Part shown: positions 52,785-63,695 of the stretch, one piece after another | Position numbering within the stretch: position 1 is the stretch's first letter | Layout of the letters: every line of letters begins with the position of its first letter | Assembly (NCBI RefSeq): GCF_000142905.1 | Contig: NW_013657675.1 | Coordinates: 558,001 to 622,000 of the forward strand | DNA length: 64,000 bases | Reading direction: 5' to 3' | DNA from: Thecamonas trahens ATCC 50062 | Lineage: Eukaryota; Protista; Apusomonadida | Position numbers and translations under genes: made by a program | The notes under the pieces: generated by a model | What the model saw: the letters and a program-made list of their open reading frames with translations, nothing else | What the model was told of the DNA's origin: nothing | Database searches by the model: none

Positions 52785-55700
52785 CTACGGCTCGCAGAAC
52801 GCCTTGGGCACGTGGTACATGTCGAGCACGCCGCCCGAGTTGGTTTGCAGCCAGGTGAAGAGCTCGTTGAGGACCATCTGCTCGACGCTTGGCTCCGAGG
52901 AGAGCGCATCTTGCAAGGCAGCGCGCTCGGCATCGCCGATGACACCCGCCCGCGCGGTCCAGGTCTCCAGCTTGTCCTCGACAGCAGCGAGCAGGCTGGG
53001 GTCGCTCATCAGCGCGTCCATGAGCGAGCCGCGGAGAGAAGCGAACCGGTCGTGGTACACCGCTGTCATCCACGTCGACCGGAGGTGGGCGAGCAGGTCG
53101 CGCTTGGCCTCGCTGCTTTCCAGCTGCAGGTACGACGCTGGCAAGCCGTGGAGCTGCAGCAAGTTGCAGGCCTCGACCGGTTTGCTTCCGACGTAGGTGA
53201 GCGAGGCGATGAGGCCGTGGGCGTCGATTTGGAGCGCGAGGTACCCGTTGTCCTCGCTCCGGGTCGAAATCTCGCGGCCGTAGTCCTCGTGCCGCGACGC
53301 GGTGGCGTACGGGATCCGCCGGCCTGGGTTGGCAAAGTGAAAGTAGTACGTGGGAGTTGACGGGTGCGAGATGAGCGGCATGCCGACCGCCATCGGCTGC
53401 TCGAATCGCGGCAGCTCGAGCGGAGCTAGCTCAACAAGCGGGCCCGGGTCCAGCGGATCGAGGTCTTCCTTGACGGCTGCCGCGAGGTGGTGGCCAATCT
53501 CCAGCGAGTTGTACTCGGCCATCTTGAGGCTGGTGTAGTACCGGTTGGAGAACTTGGTGAGCGGGCCAGCGCCGAGAATGGCAGGGTCGATGGTCTTGAA
53601 CTCGCCGTCGACCACTAGCCCGCCGTCGTAGACGAGGCAGCAGCCGTTAATGGCGTGGAACATGTCGACGTCGACCTGCGCCCCGCAAGCCACCACCAGC
53701 ATCGAGCACGGAAGCCGAATGTGGTCGGCCTCGTCGGCGCCTGCCTCGCCCAACCCAGTACCACTCCGCGAGCCGGACCAGGTCCCACTCTTGCTGGCCA
53801 GCGCAGCTGCATTCGCCTCCTCTTCTTCGGCGAGGATGACAGCGAGGAGGGTTCCGGCCCGGTGCTCGTAGTTGATGACAACCAGGTCACGGACAAGCTT
53901 GACGCCGAGTGCGGCGACGCCCGACGCCACCGCGTCGTCAACCACAAACTCGTTGAAGCACGAGGTGCGGGTGGCCTCGGGTCCGCTCTCCGGCGGGACG
54001 AGGAACGTGATGAGCTCCGGCGAGACGCCTGCGGCAAGGAGGCCAAAGACGGCGGCGTGAGCATCGAGCGATGCGCCGTAGACCACAACTCGCTCGCCGG
54101 TGGCGACGACGTGCGACTCGGCGTAGGCGACGATGCCTGCGACGTCGGTCTCGCCGTTGAGGGTAAACACGCCCTCGAGGATCTCGCCGGTCACGCCCAC
54201 GTCGCCGACGTCGTCCTGGACCAGCATCGGCGCCGCGTACTGTTGTCCGGTGGTGAGGGCGAGCTTTTCGTACGGGAGGACCGAGCCGTCAGAGAGCATG
54301 ACCGCCCGCAGCTCACGGTCGATCATCATGACCTTGGTGTGAAGGACGTTGACCGAGGCACCGATGGCCAACTGCGAGAGGACCCGCGCCGTGTAGTTGA
54401 GGTTGTTCGGAATGAAGCAGCGCTCGACGGCACTCGCCCTCGTCGGGAGGCCACCCGGTGAGACCAACGTGATGTTGCTAAAGTGGATGTACGGGAGGAG
54501 GACGAGGCTCTCGAGGACCGAGAGGCCGGTGTCGGAGGCGCCGACGACGACGACCCGTGCGTTGGCCACAACCTTGGGCTCCCAACGGAGCTTGGGCGCA
54601 AAGGTCCACAGGCCAAACGCAGTGTTGGCGTCGACGATGCCGGCCGGCTCGCCGTTGACCTCGACAAATGGGTGCGGCAGTCGGACATCGTTGTGAGAGT
54701 CGTCGTCGGCGTCGTCGACGAGCGAGCTCCCGCCCTGCTCCTTCCGCGGCTTGTACTTGAGCGCGTTGGCCTCGGCGCCTGGCGGGAAGTGGATGAGTCG
54801 GCGCGGACGGACCTGGATCATGACCTGCAGCAGCGGCGGAATGGGTGAAAAGCCAAAGACCTTGTAGTAGAGAGCCGAGGTGCCGGCGACGCGAGCAAGC
54901 TCGTTGAGGAGGAGCGAGCCGTGCTGGTCGAACATCGGGTTGACGACGGCCTCGGCAAGGTGACTGTGGGCGCGGGTCGCCCGCTCGTTGAGCGCGAGCA
55001 CCGAGTCCACCTCGTACGCCGCCGACAGCGAGTCGATGTCCAGCTCGGAGGAGAGGACAAAGAGGCCGACGACTTGGGCCGAGGCCTCGGCCACGTACAC
55101 TCGTGACGTGATCGATGAGAAGACCGAGGCCTGTAGCCGTTCCTGGGCCTCCAGCCGCATGACGTCGTCGTAGAGCGACTGGATCTCGGCCTCGCGCTGG
55201 AGGCCGTCGAGCAGGCGCGCGATCTGGACTGCGTCGCTGGGTGCAGCGCGGCGGACGCCGAGCTTGGGAGAGAGCGCGTCGCGGTGGAGGATGTACAACA
55301 TGTGAGGAAAGGTCGAGATGGACTTGGGCTTGACCGTGCCAAAGGCGCGGAGGAGCGGGAACTCGGCGACCTCGTGCGGGAGCGTGAGGATGCAGTACTC
55401 GCGATCCGGGAAGAGCTCAAAGGCAAGCGGAAGAAAGTCAACCGACCGCGACTCGTACCGGCTGTCGAGACAGAAGAGCGAGATGGCAAAGGCGTTGAGG
55501 ACGACGGCGCCGCCGGCGTCGCTGACCATGGAGCTCGCGCTCCCGCTCCGCGACTGGACCGATGAGTACCCGGCCGACGAGGCTGAGCTCGAGGTAGAGT
55601 TGGCGGTCGACGGGCGGGAGTGGTCGCCGCTGTCGTCTGCTCGGTCGTCGGCGGCGGTCTCGTCGACCGCGATGCCGAGCTTCTGAAAGTCGACGTCCTC

Positions 55701-56816
55701 GTCGATGGGCACAGCAATGTGGGAGAAGCTGTCAGCGACCGAGGCCTCGGTCGGGAGCGCGTCGCCGCCAGCAGCGGCGGCAGCAGCGGCGGCCACTTGT
55801 TCGGGATGAAGCGGGAAGCCGGCTTCGGGCCTCAGGAGCTCCGAGTACGGCTCGAGCTCAAAGCACTCTTGCAGGAGAGTGACGTCGATGTCGGCGACGA
55901 GCGCCATGAGACCAACAGCGTAGCCGTCGACCTCGGAAACAATGACCCGGTTGGCAGCGTCTTGGTTCTCGATGAGATCCGAGAGGAAGAACTCACCGTA
56001 GCGCGAGGAGAGCAGCTCCGACTGGGCGTCAAAAATCGGGGCGAGGTCGTCGTTGTCCTCCACCGCAGCCGGCCGCATCGTCAGCTTGGGCACGTACCCG
56101 GCCCGCTCAACGTATGTCAACGGAACCTGCTCGCCAACCGGGGTAGTCGGCTGGAGGGTGCTGGCAAAGGCGGCAGCCAGCTCCGGCATTGCATTCAGCG
56201 AGGCTGCGGGATTGATAGCCGACGGCACAGGCAGCAGCACGGCATCGACCTGAACCATGGTAGCGAATCCCGACTCGAGCACCGCCTGCAGCGCGGCGGC
56301 ACCGGCCTCGGCCGACAGCGCCGGTGCACGGGCGTAGCACGCCAGCCACGCCGAGTTGCACGGCGTGAGCTCGCTATGTGTCCACCCGGACGACTCGGTG
56401 GTCAGCGGCGAGAGATCAGCGCCAGAAGCCGCGGGTGTGGCGATGGAAGAGATGGGAGATGCCGGCGAGGTAGGCGAGGTAGGCGCAGGGGGGGAAGCAG
56501 ACGAAGTAGACGAGGCAGACGAGGTGGAAGTGGCGGCGACGAGCGGAGCGGTATCAAAGTTTTGAGCCAGCCACTCTGGCCAAACAAGGGGATTGATGAC
56601 GGATTCGAGATGGGTGAAGAGCGGAGCACTGGCAAAGGCAGCAAAGGCCACCAGTTCGCCCGACTCCAACTGAGCCACAACCGTCAGTGTCGTGTTCTCC
56701 ACCAGAGCACCAGCCGAAGTCACATCGAACAGCGCCTTGTTGCCTTCAGGCTGAGCGTCCAGCAGTTGTTGCAGGCCAGCCACATGGCTCTCCTCTGCCC
56801 GGACGAGGGTCAGCAT
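52785..56816 (-). CDS. CFAP61: Cilia- and flagella-associated protein 61
   Basis: EDNDDL..YGEFFLSDLI, NAFAISLFCLDSRYESRSVDFL..FPDREYC, and NAD/FAD-like domain EPKVVANARVVVVGASDTGLS. Confidence 0.92.
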   Translation of the reverse strand: MLTLVRAEESHVAGLQQLLDAQPEGNKALFDVTSAGALVENTTLTVVAQLESGELVAFAAFASAPLFTHLESVINPLVWPEWLAQNFDTAPLVAATSTSSASSTSSASPPAPTSPTSPASPISSIATPAASGADLSPLTTESSGWTHSELTPCNSAWLACYARAPALSAEAGAAALQAVLESGFATMVQVDAVLLPVPSAINPAASLNAMPELAAAFASTLQPTTPVGEQVPLTYVERAGYVPKLTMRPAAVEDNDDLAPIFDAQSELLSSRYGEFFLSDLIENQDAANRVIVSEVDGYAVGLMALVADIDVTLLQECFELEPYSELLRPEAGFPLHPEQVAAAAAAAAGGDALPTEASVADSFSHIAVPIDEDVDFQKLGIAVDETAADDRADDSGDHSRPSTANSTSSSASSAGYSSVQSRSGSASSMVSDAGGAVVLNAFAISLFCLDSRYESRSVDFLPLAFELFPDREYCILTLPHEVAEFPLLRAFGTVKPKSISTFPHMLYILHRDALSPKLGVRRAAPSDAVQIARLLDGLQREAEIQSLYDDVMRLEAQERLQASVFSSITSRVYVAEASAQVVGLFVLSSELDIDSLSAAYEVDSVLALNERATRAHSHLAEAVVNPMFDQHGSLLLNELARVAGTSALYYKVFGFSPIPPLLQVMIQVRPRRLIHFPPGAEANALKYKPRKEQGGSSLVDDADDDSHNDVRLPHPFVEVNGEPAGIVDANTAFGLWTFAPKLRWEPKVVANARVVVVGASDTGLSVLESLVLLPYIHFSNITLVSPGGLPTRASAVERCFIPNNLNYTARVLSQLAIGASVNVLHTKVMMIDRELRAVMLSDGSVLPYEKLALTTGQQYAAPMLVQDDVGDVGVTGEILEGVFTLNGETDVAGIVAYAESHVVATGERVVVYGASLDAHAAVFGLLAAGVSPELITFLVPPESGPEATRTSCFNEFVVDDAVASGVAALGVKLVRDLVVINYEHRAGTLLAVILAEEEEANAAALASKSGTWSGSRSGTGLGEAGADEADHIRLPCSMLVVACGAQVDVDMFHAINGCCLVYDGGLVVDGEFKTIDPAILGAGPLTKFSNRYYTSLKMAEYNSLEIGHHLAAAVKEDLDPLDPGPLVELAPLELPRFEQPMAVGMPLISHPSTPTYYFHFANPGRRIPYATASRHEDYGREISTRSEDNGYLALQIDAHGLIASLTYVGSKPVEACNLLQLHGLPASYLQLESSEAKRDLLAHLRSTWMTAVYHDRFASLRGSLMDALMSDPSLLAAVEDKLETWTARAGVIGDAERAALQDALSSEPSVEQMVLNELFTWLQTNSGGVLDMYHVPKAFCEP

Positions 56817-57100
56817 ACGGCCAGATAGGGAGCGAGGTGGTGGTAGCGGTGGTGGTAGCGGTGGTGGTGGTGGTGGTGGTGGTGGTGGTGGTGGTGGTGG
56901 TAGGGTGTGGTAGGGTGCCGTGGTGAGTGTGGAGAGGTGTGGAGTGGTCGTGGTCGTTGGTCGTACGCTCGTCGGTGCGTCGGTTGGCGCCGTCCTGCTG
57001 TTGGTGGCTGACACGGGCTGGACCAGGTGATGTGGGGAGGGCGGGGCGGGGAGGGCGGGGGTATGGGAGGAAGGGGGTAAGGGAGGGGGTAAGGGAGGGA

Positions 57101-57176
57101 GATGTGAGCGATTTGGGCGATGTGGGCGATGTGGGCGATGTGGGCGATGTGGGCGATGTGGGCGATGTGGGCGATG
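57101..57176. repeat. 9-bp tandem repeat GATGTGGGC x~8
   Basis: Located between the divergent CFAP61 and SPAG8-like starts. Confidence 0.93.
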
Positions 57177-57495
57177 CGAGCTAGGTGCGGCAAGGAGGGG
57201 GCGGTGGGCACGGCCCGGGCTCATCATGATGACCGCCTACTTCTACATATACTCAATCCAGCCACATCGCAGTATTCTCCTTCGACCCATCTATGATAAA
57301 TGCAAAGAACATCCGTCCGTTCCCCCAACACCCCTCATCGCTCATGCCAACGCAGTCGGTGGCTTGTCGTGCGGCGTGTGGGGGGAAAAGGTGCCGTTGC
57401 GGGTCATTGGCGCCCGACGACGACGATGACAACGGGGAGAGGTAGCTGAGGGGGGGGGGGATAGGGATTGGAAGAGACAGACTCAACGCAGCAGG

Positions 57496-58233
57496 ATGTC
57501 CAACTACAACACATCAGGGAGGAACAAGACGCTTGTGGGGACGTGGTTTGAGGAGCGAGCATGGGAGGGAGCGCGTAGTCATGCCACAGCAAGGAGCGGC
57601 CTGGACGGAGGAGGACGGCGAGTCAAGGGAAGGGTACCGGCAAACTATCCTGGAGCACTTGAGCATGCAGCAGCACACACTGGGACTTTTAGAGCAGATG
57701 CATCAGGATTGTCACTGCCGCATGCTGCCGAGAACAATCTCATCTCATCTTCTCGTATTGCCTATGCCCCTCCTCCGCTGCATACCCGTCCTGTGGCCGT
57801 CAACGGTCGGCGATCTGCTCGTCGCAAGGCCGAACTCTGGGCTGCTGCACAGGCCGTGGTCGAGGCAGAGGCAAAGGCGCTAGAAGAGGCTGATGTCGAG
57901 CCGTGGGAGTCGACGTATCGGGCAGAGCTTGCCGACAACGTGCCCGAGCCGCTCGACATCGATGAAGCCGTGCTGGGCACGCATGCTCGCAAGGACGACG
58001 TCATCGCTGGCTCGTATGCCGAGCTTGTCCACGACGTCCCGCTCTCGGTCTGGCGCGACCGGCTCGGCCGTGAGCAGCTGGGCACCGCCACCACTGGCGC
58101 TAACGCCTTTGGCCGTAACGCCGGCTTTTCGCAGCCCATCCACGAGTACGACCGCGCGTACACAAAGATCGAAGAGGGCGCGCCGCCGCCGTCAACCGCC
58201 TCGGCGTCCAACCCGATCAAGTACGCGGCATGA
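57496..58233 (+). CDS. SPAG8/FAP143-like ciliary microtubule inner protein
   Basis: N-terminal TLVGTWFEER (NWE-type motif), GRR..ELW helix, ESTYR, C-terminal FGRNAGFSQPI. Confidence 0.7.
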   Translation: MSNYNTSGRNKTLVGTWFEERAWEGARSHATARSGLDGGGRRVKGRVPANYPGALEHAAAHTGTFRADASGLSLPHAAENNLISSSRIAYAPPPLHTRPVAVNGRRSARRKAELWAAAQAVVEAEAKALEEADVEPWESTYRAELADNVPEPLDIDEAVLGTHARKDDVIAGSYAELVHDVPLSVWRDRLGREQLGTATTGANAFGRNAGFSQPIHEYDRAYTKIEEGAPPPSTASASNPIKYAA

Positions 58234-58607
58234 AGCCAGACTACGAACACCCCACACCTACACACCGCCCACACATCGCATCACACTACCTCTGACAATG
58301 CTTATCATAACTGCACCACTAAAAACCAACCCAACCAGCCAGCCACCCAGCTGCGACCGACCGGTCACCCAGCTGGCGACCGACCGACCGACCGCGTTGC
58401 GTGCCAGCCACCAGCCGCCCGGACCCCCCCCCCCCCCCGCCACCAACCCACTACAGCGGCGGCACTGGCACCAGGTTCACCCCTCTGCACTCCACCCCAC
58501 GCACGCCGACGGCCACCTTCCCTCCCTCTCTCCCTCCCCTCCCCCCCTCCCCCCTCCTCCCTTTCCTCCAAACTCACTCCTTTTTCGCTGGCATACCGCT
58601 ACCTTAG

Positions 58608-59842
58608 GTGATGTGCCCATGTCGTGTGTGGACGCATTCATGCTCAAGGTGCTGGAGATGGAGGCTGATGAGGCTGTTGTTCCTGTCTTTGAACTCTCTG
58701 GAGTCTCTTATCTCTTTGTCTCGCTCTCTTCGCTCTACCTCTTGGCTGTGACGAGGAAGAACTCCAACGCTGCCATGATCATGACCTTCCTCCATCGCTT
58801 TGCCAACGTCCTCACCGAGTACTTCAACGAGGTCGAGGAGGAGTCGATCCGGGACAACTTTGTGGTCACGTACGAGCTGCTTGACGAAGTCATGGACTTT
58901 GGTCTCCCGCAGACGACCGACTCCAACATCCTCAAGGAGTACATCTTTGAGGAGGGTCACAAGCTGAGCAAGAAGGGCAAGGCTGCGTCGTCCAAGCAGG
59001 TCACCGTGCCCATGACCGTCACCAACGCCGTCTCGTGGCGATCGGAGGGCATTGTCTACCGGCGCAACGAGGTGTTCCTTGATGTCGTCGAGTCGCTCAA
59101 CCTCCTTGTCTCGGCCACCGGCACGGTCCTCCGCTCGGAGATTGTGGGCTCGGTCCAGATGCGGACGTATCTCTCGGGCATGCCTGAGCTCCGGCTCGGC
59201 CTCAACGACCGCACCCTGTACGAGGCTGTCGGCGCCGGCGCCTCGCGCAAGTCGGTCGAGATGGAGGACATCAAGTTCCACCAGTGTGTCCGCCTCTCGC
59301 GCTTTGAGCGCGACCGCACGATCTCGTTCATCCCGCCCGACGGCGAGTTTGAGCTCATGTCGTACCGCATGCAGACCTCGGCCAAGCCGCTCATCTGGAT
59401 CACTCCCATCGTCGAACGCCACAAGGGCTCGCGCGTCGAGTACATGATCAAGGTCACCCCGCAGTTCAAGGCCCGCTCCATGGCCAACAACGTCGTCATC
59501 CGCATCCCGGTCCCCGCAGACTCGGACTCGCCCAAGATCAAGACCTCCAACGGCTCGGCAAAGTACGCCCCGCAGGACGACATGATCGTGTGGACCATCA
59601 AGCAGCTCCGCGCCACCGACGGCGAGTGCTTCCTCCGCGCTCACTTTGGCCTTTCCTCGCTCGCCTCGGAGGAGTCGGACGCAAAGCCGCCCATCCAGCT
59701 GGAGTTTGAGATTCCGTTCCAGACCCTCTCGGGCGTCGTCGTCCGCTACATGAAGGTCCTCGAGGCCTCGGCCGGCTATCAGGCCCTCCCCTGGGTCCGC
59801 TACCTTACCCGGAGCGGCTCAGTCGAGTTCCGTACCAAGTAA
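58608..59842 (+). CDS. AP1M1: AP-1 complex mu subunit (first exon not found)
   Basis: EEESIRDNFVVTYELLDEVMDFG, TNAVSWRSEGI, YLSGMPELRLGLND, DIKFHQCVRL, SFIPPDGEFELM, YQALPWVRY. Confidence 0.95.
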
Positions 59843-60261
59843 ATGCGTCGCAGGACTCGGTGGTGAGCGAACGGGCGATGTACCGCTAGCTTGGCGAGGC
59901 GAGCTCAAATTCGGCGATCGCCATGTTTAGATTTCGACAAGCCCTTTTGTGCTGCTCAGTCTCAACCGTCAGCCCTTCTCATCCACATCATCTCCTTCTG
60001 CGTCCCCACACCAGCCCATGCAGCCGACTGGATTGTCACCAACCATCCCCATCGCTACACTACGAGCTTCCTCAGCAGGTGTGAATCAGCCGTAGCGCAG
60101 GAAGACCCCCCCCAAAAAAACACAGTGCAGCAACAAGTCACGCGGGCGCACTCATTCGGCTCAGGCCTTCTTTCGAGTGACAGAGGCGAGCGGCGCGGGC
60201 GGGCGCGGGGGCGGGGGAGTACGGCAACACCTCTCGCGCGAAAAGTTGACCTCTACCGACG

Positions 60262-61953
60262 ATGAGGTTGACAGGGGAGGTTGCCCTTGTTGGACTTGTG
60301 GCGCTCATGGTGTGCGGTCTGTGTGGGGAGGCGGGCGCGACGAGCTTGAGCCGTATGACAAGCTACGGACCGGTGACGGGTGCAGTGTCCAAGGCGTATC
60401 CGTCGGTCATTGCCTGGCAGGGCATTCCATTTGCTGCGCCTCCTACAGGCGATCTTCGATTCAAGCCACCGCAGGCACCCAAGTCATGGACGGAGCCTTT
60501 GATGACGACCGATTCTGGACCTGGCTGCCCGATGTATGTCGAGCCTGTGCTGAAGGGAACCGAGGACTGCCTGTATCTCGATGTCTACGCGCCGATCAAC
60601 GTCACGGCGGATACCCAGGTTATGGTCTTCATCCATGGCGGCGGGTACGTCATTGGCAACGACTACCACAAAGGGCTGTACGATGGCGCGCACCTGGCGG
60701 CCAAGCACGGCGTCATTGTGGTGGCGATGAACTACCGGCTCTCGGTGCTTGGCTTTCTCGCGCTCGACGCGCTCAAGGTCGAGGCCGGCGGTACGACCGG
60801 CAATTACGGGCTCCAGGACCAGCAGCTTGCACTCAAGTGGGTGGCAAGCAACATTGCGGCGTTTGGCGGCGATCCGGACTCTGTGCTGCTGTTTGGCGAG
60901 TCGGCGGGCGCCTTTTCGCTCTGCTGGCACCTTGTCTCGCCAGGCTCCAAGGGCCTGTTTGCGGCGGTGCTCTTTGAGTCGGGCAACTGCGACTCGCCGT
61001 CGTTCTTTCGGCCGTACGAGTACGCGACCAACTTTTCGGCGGGCTACGCGGCACATGTCGGGTGCGATCCGGATGCACTCTCCGAGGCGGAGCTGCTGGG
61101 CTGCCTCCGTGCGCTGCCTTTACCCAAGCTTATCGACGGCGGAGTGCTCCTTGCTGGTGGCAGCGGCGGCAGCGTTGGACGGTTCCCGCCGGATGTGTTC
61201 TGGCCCAAGCTCGCGCCGATCATGCCGTGGGGCATTGCCATCGACGGCTCGCCAGCTGGACTGACAGGCGTGCCTTCTAAGCTCATTGCGGCCGGCAAGG
61301 GGATGTCGAACGTGCCGTTGCTTATGGGCACAAACCGCAACGAGGGCTCAATCTTTCTGCCTATGATGATTGCGATGGTGCCCGGCATTGACGTGCTCCC
61401 GCTATCGGAGCGGACGGCGCTCCTTGTCCTCTCGCACTTTTTCAACAGCTCAGTGGTTGCTCAAGCGCGCGAGCTCTACCCGCGGTACGCGTACAAGTCG
61501 TGGGACAAGATGGCAAGCGCGCTGCTGACCGACTACTTTTTCGTCTGCTCCGCGCGGCGCATGCTCCGCGCCTTTGGCGCAGCTTACCCGGGCACGCCGC
61601 GGTACACGTACCGCTACGTGTACAAGACCGACTCGCCGCTGTACCCAGTCTTTGGCGACTACCACTCATCCGAGCTCAAGTTTGTGTTTGGCAACCCGGT
61701 CCACAACATTCCCTTTGACAAGACCGACTGGACCATGTCCGACATCTTTGGCTGGTACTGGACTAACTACGCCCGTGCCCACGCGCCTTCGGGCGCATCG
61801 CCCTCGTCTGTGGACCCGTATCCGTTCTGGCCGCAGTGGAACGAGACTGCCCAGATCACCCAGCTCCTCGACGTCCCTGTCGGCCAGGAGGCCTTCCTCG
61901 ACGACGTCGTCTGCGACTTTTGGGATCGGGTCAAGGTCGACTACAGCAGCTGA
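60262..61953 (+). CDS. Secreted type-B carboxylesterase
   Basis: Signal peptide, GIPFAAPPTGDLRF, EDCLYL, HGGG, FGESAG (Ser), NRNEG (Glu), HSSEL (His). Confidence 0.94.
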   Translation: MRLTGEVALVGLVALMVCGLCGEAGATSLSRMTSYGPVTGAVSKAYPSVIAWQGIPFAAPPTGDLRFKPPQAPKSWTEPLMTTDSGPGCPMYVEPVLKGTEDCLYLDVYAPINVTADTQVMVFIHGGGYVIGNDYHKGLYDGAHLAAKHGVIVVAMNYRLSVLGFLALDALKVEAGGTTGNYGLQDQQLALKWVASNIAAFGGDPDSVLLFGESAGAFSLCWHLVSPGSKGLFAAVLFESGNCDSPSFFRPYEYATNFSAGYAAHVGCDPDALSEAELLGCLRALPLPKLIDGGVLLAGGSGGSVGRFPPDVFWPKLAPIMPWGIAIDGSPAGLTGVPSKLIAAGKGMSNVPLLMGTNRNEGSIFLPMMIAMVPGIDVLPLSERTALLVLSHFFNSSVVAQARELYPRYAYKSWDKMASALLTDYFFVCSARRMLRAFGAAYPGTPRYTYRYVYKTDSPLYPVFGDYHSSELKFVFGNPVHNIPFDKTDWTMSDIFGWYWTNYARAHAPSGASPSSVDPYPFWPQWNETAQITQLLDVPVGQEAFLDDVVCDFWDRVKVDYSS

Positions 61954-62157
61954 ACGTGGAGGAGAGCCAAGTTAAACTCTTCCCAAGTTCTGACGCGTGC
62001 GTGCATGCCGCCCGCCAGCAGGCAACTGGGCTGGGCGTCAGTCGCCATTCGGCCGAGCGGCGGACGCGAATCGACCGCCACCCCACCCCAGCCCCCCCCC
62101 CCCCCCACCCCCCCCACCCCCAGCCCCCCCCCCCACCCTCCCACCCCCGTGCTCACC

Positions 62158-63588
62158 ATGGTGGCATGGCCGCTCATTCTCATCATCATTGCCATGCTTG
62201 CAGGGCTACTTGTCGTGTGCACGTACATGCTCGCGCACTACCACCATCCTGACGACGCCAACACAGCATGGTTCCCCAAGGCGGTGGTCGTTCTCGGCTT
62301 CTCTGCAGCAGCACTCTCTGTCCTCCTCCTCCCTCTGGACGTAGCTAATCGTAACTCTGGCTCTACCCTCGACATGCTCCTCTTTGTCTACATTGTCTAT
62401 CCTTTGGTGGCTTTCCTCGCTCTCGTCGTCATTCCCTTTGCTATGTTTTACTACGAAGCTGAAGAGGCCGAGAACAACTCAAAGTCGAAGCAGCTGTACT
62501 CGGCACTCTGCTACACCTTCTGGACAGTCATTGTCTTTGCTGGCATTGTGGGCATTCTCTATGGCTTGATTGGAAAGGCTGAAATTCCTGTTCAAGCCCT
62601 CACCGCTCGTCTACAGCCTGGCGATGCGCCGCTCAACACCCCGTGCTCGGGCTGTACCTCGACAAAGGTTGATCTGGTCATCCACGTCTCGCTTCTTGTC
62701 TATCTGGTTGGTGCCCTATCGTTTGTCGGCATTGTGCTCTTTGTTTGCTTTGGCGGCGTCGGCATGATCGCGCTCCCGGTCGACCTTGTGCGCGACTTTG
62801 TCGACCGGCCGAGGCGGATCCCGCTCGACGTCCTCGCCCACCGCAAGGTGGAGATCGGGGTGCAGGCGTCGCGGCTGCTTGCCGAGGGCGAGGAGCTGGC
62901 GCGGCGGACGCGCGAGAAGGGTGGGAAGCGCAACCGCAAGGACCGCAAGGCGTATGCCAAGTTTGAGAAGAAGGTGTACCTGCTGGAGAAGAACTTTAAG
63001 AAGAACGTGGTGGCCCACTCGCGCGCCAACACCCGGCACCCGTGGTGGTACGTCTTTGACCTTGTTCTTGGCATCTTCTGCGGCCTAGCCTCGTTCCTCT
63101 GGGTCCTGCACATCATTCTGTACATGATGGTCGACCCGCCGGCGTCGCCGTTCCTCAACGACATGTTCATCGACCTCGACAAGGCCTTCCCGCTCTTTGG
63201 CACCTCGGCCTATGCCCTCTTCACCCTCTTTCTACTCTGGGCGGTGATCAAGGGCAATGTCAAGGTCGGCCTCCGCATTGCCTGGTTCACCATCCACCCG
63301 ATGATTCCTGGCGAGACGCTCATGTCATCGCTCCTCTTCAACGCTGCCCTCATCCTTCTCTCCTCGCTCGCCGTCACCCAGTTTACCGCCGCCGCCTTTT
63401 TCTCCTACGCGCGCCTCACCGCCGTCTCCTCGGTCTTTGCCGTCCAAATCTCGCACCTCCGCGGCATCAAGCACGTTATCAACAACACCAAGTTCTTCCT
63501 TGTCATCATGATCGGCCTCACCTTTTTGTACTACGCCTGTTGCGGCACGAAGCGCAAGCTCAAGAAGGACGACGACGACGATGACTAG
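62158..63588 (+). CDS. LMBR1/LIMR-family multi-pass membrane protein
   Basis: HPDDANTAWFPK, LLPLDVAN, IPFAMFYYE, FGGVGMIALP, IHPM..ETLMSSLLFN. Confidence 0.9.
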   Translation: MVAWPLILIIIAMLAGLLVVCTYMLAHYHHPDDANTAWFPKAVVVLGFSAAALSVLLLPLDVANRNSGSTLDMLLFVYIVYPLVAFLALVVIPFAMFYYEAEEAENNSKSKQLYSALCYTFWTVIVFAGIVGILYGLIGKAEIPVQALTARLQPGDAPLNTPCSGCTSTKVDLVIHVSLLVYLVGALSFVGIVLFVCFGGVGMIALPVDLVRDFVDRPRRIPLDVLAHRKVEIGVQASRLLAEGEELARRTREKGGKRNRKDRKAYAKFEKKVYLLEKNFKKNVVAHSRANTRHPWWYVFDLVLGIFCGLASFLWVLHIILYMMVDPPASPFLNDMFIDLDKAFPLFGTSAYALFTLFLLWAVIKGNVKVGLRIAWFTIHPMIPGETLMSSLLFNAALILLSSLAVTQFTAAAFFSYARLTAVSSVFAVQISHLRGIKHVINNTKFFLVIMIGLTFLYYACCGTKRKLKKDDDDDD

Positions 63589-63695
63589 CGTTGTAAACTA
63601 GCTGTGGACCCCCCCCCCCCCCCCCCTCTGCGGCTTCTACGGAGCAGCCGTCCGCGACGCACAAGGCGATCGCATCTCTCCCTTGTGCTTCAATG

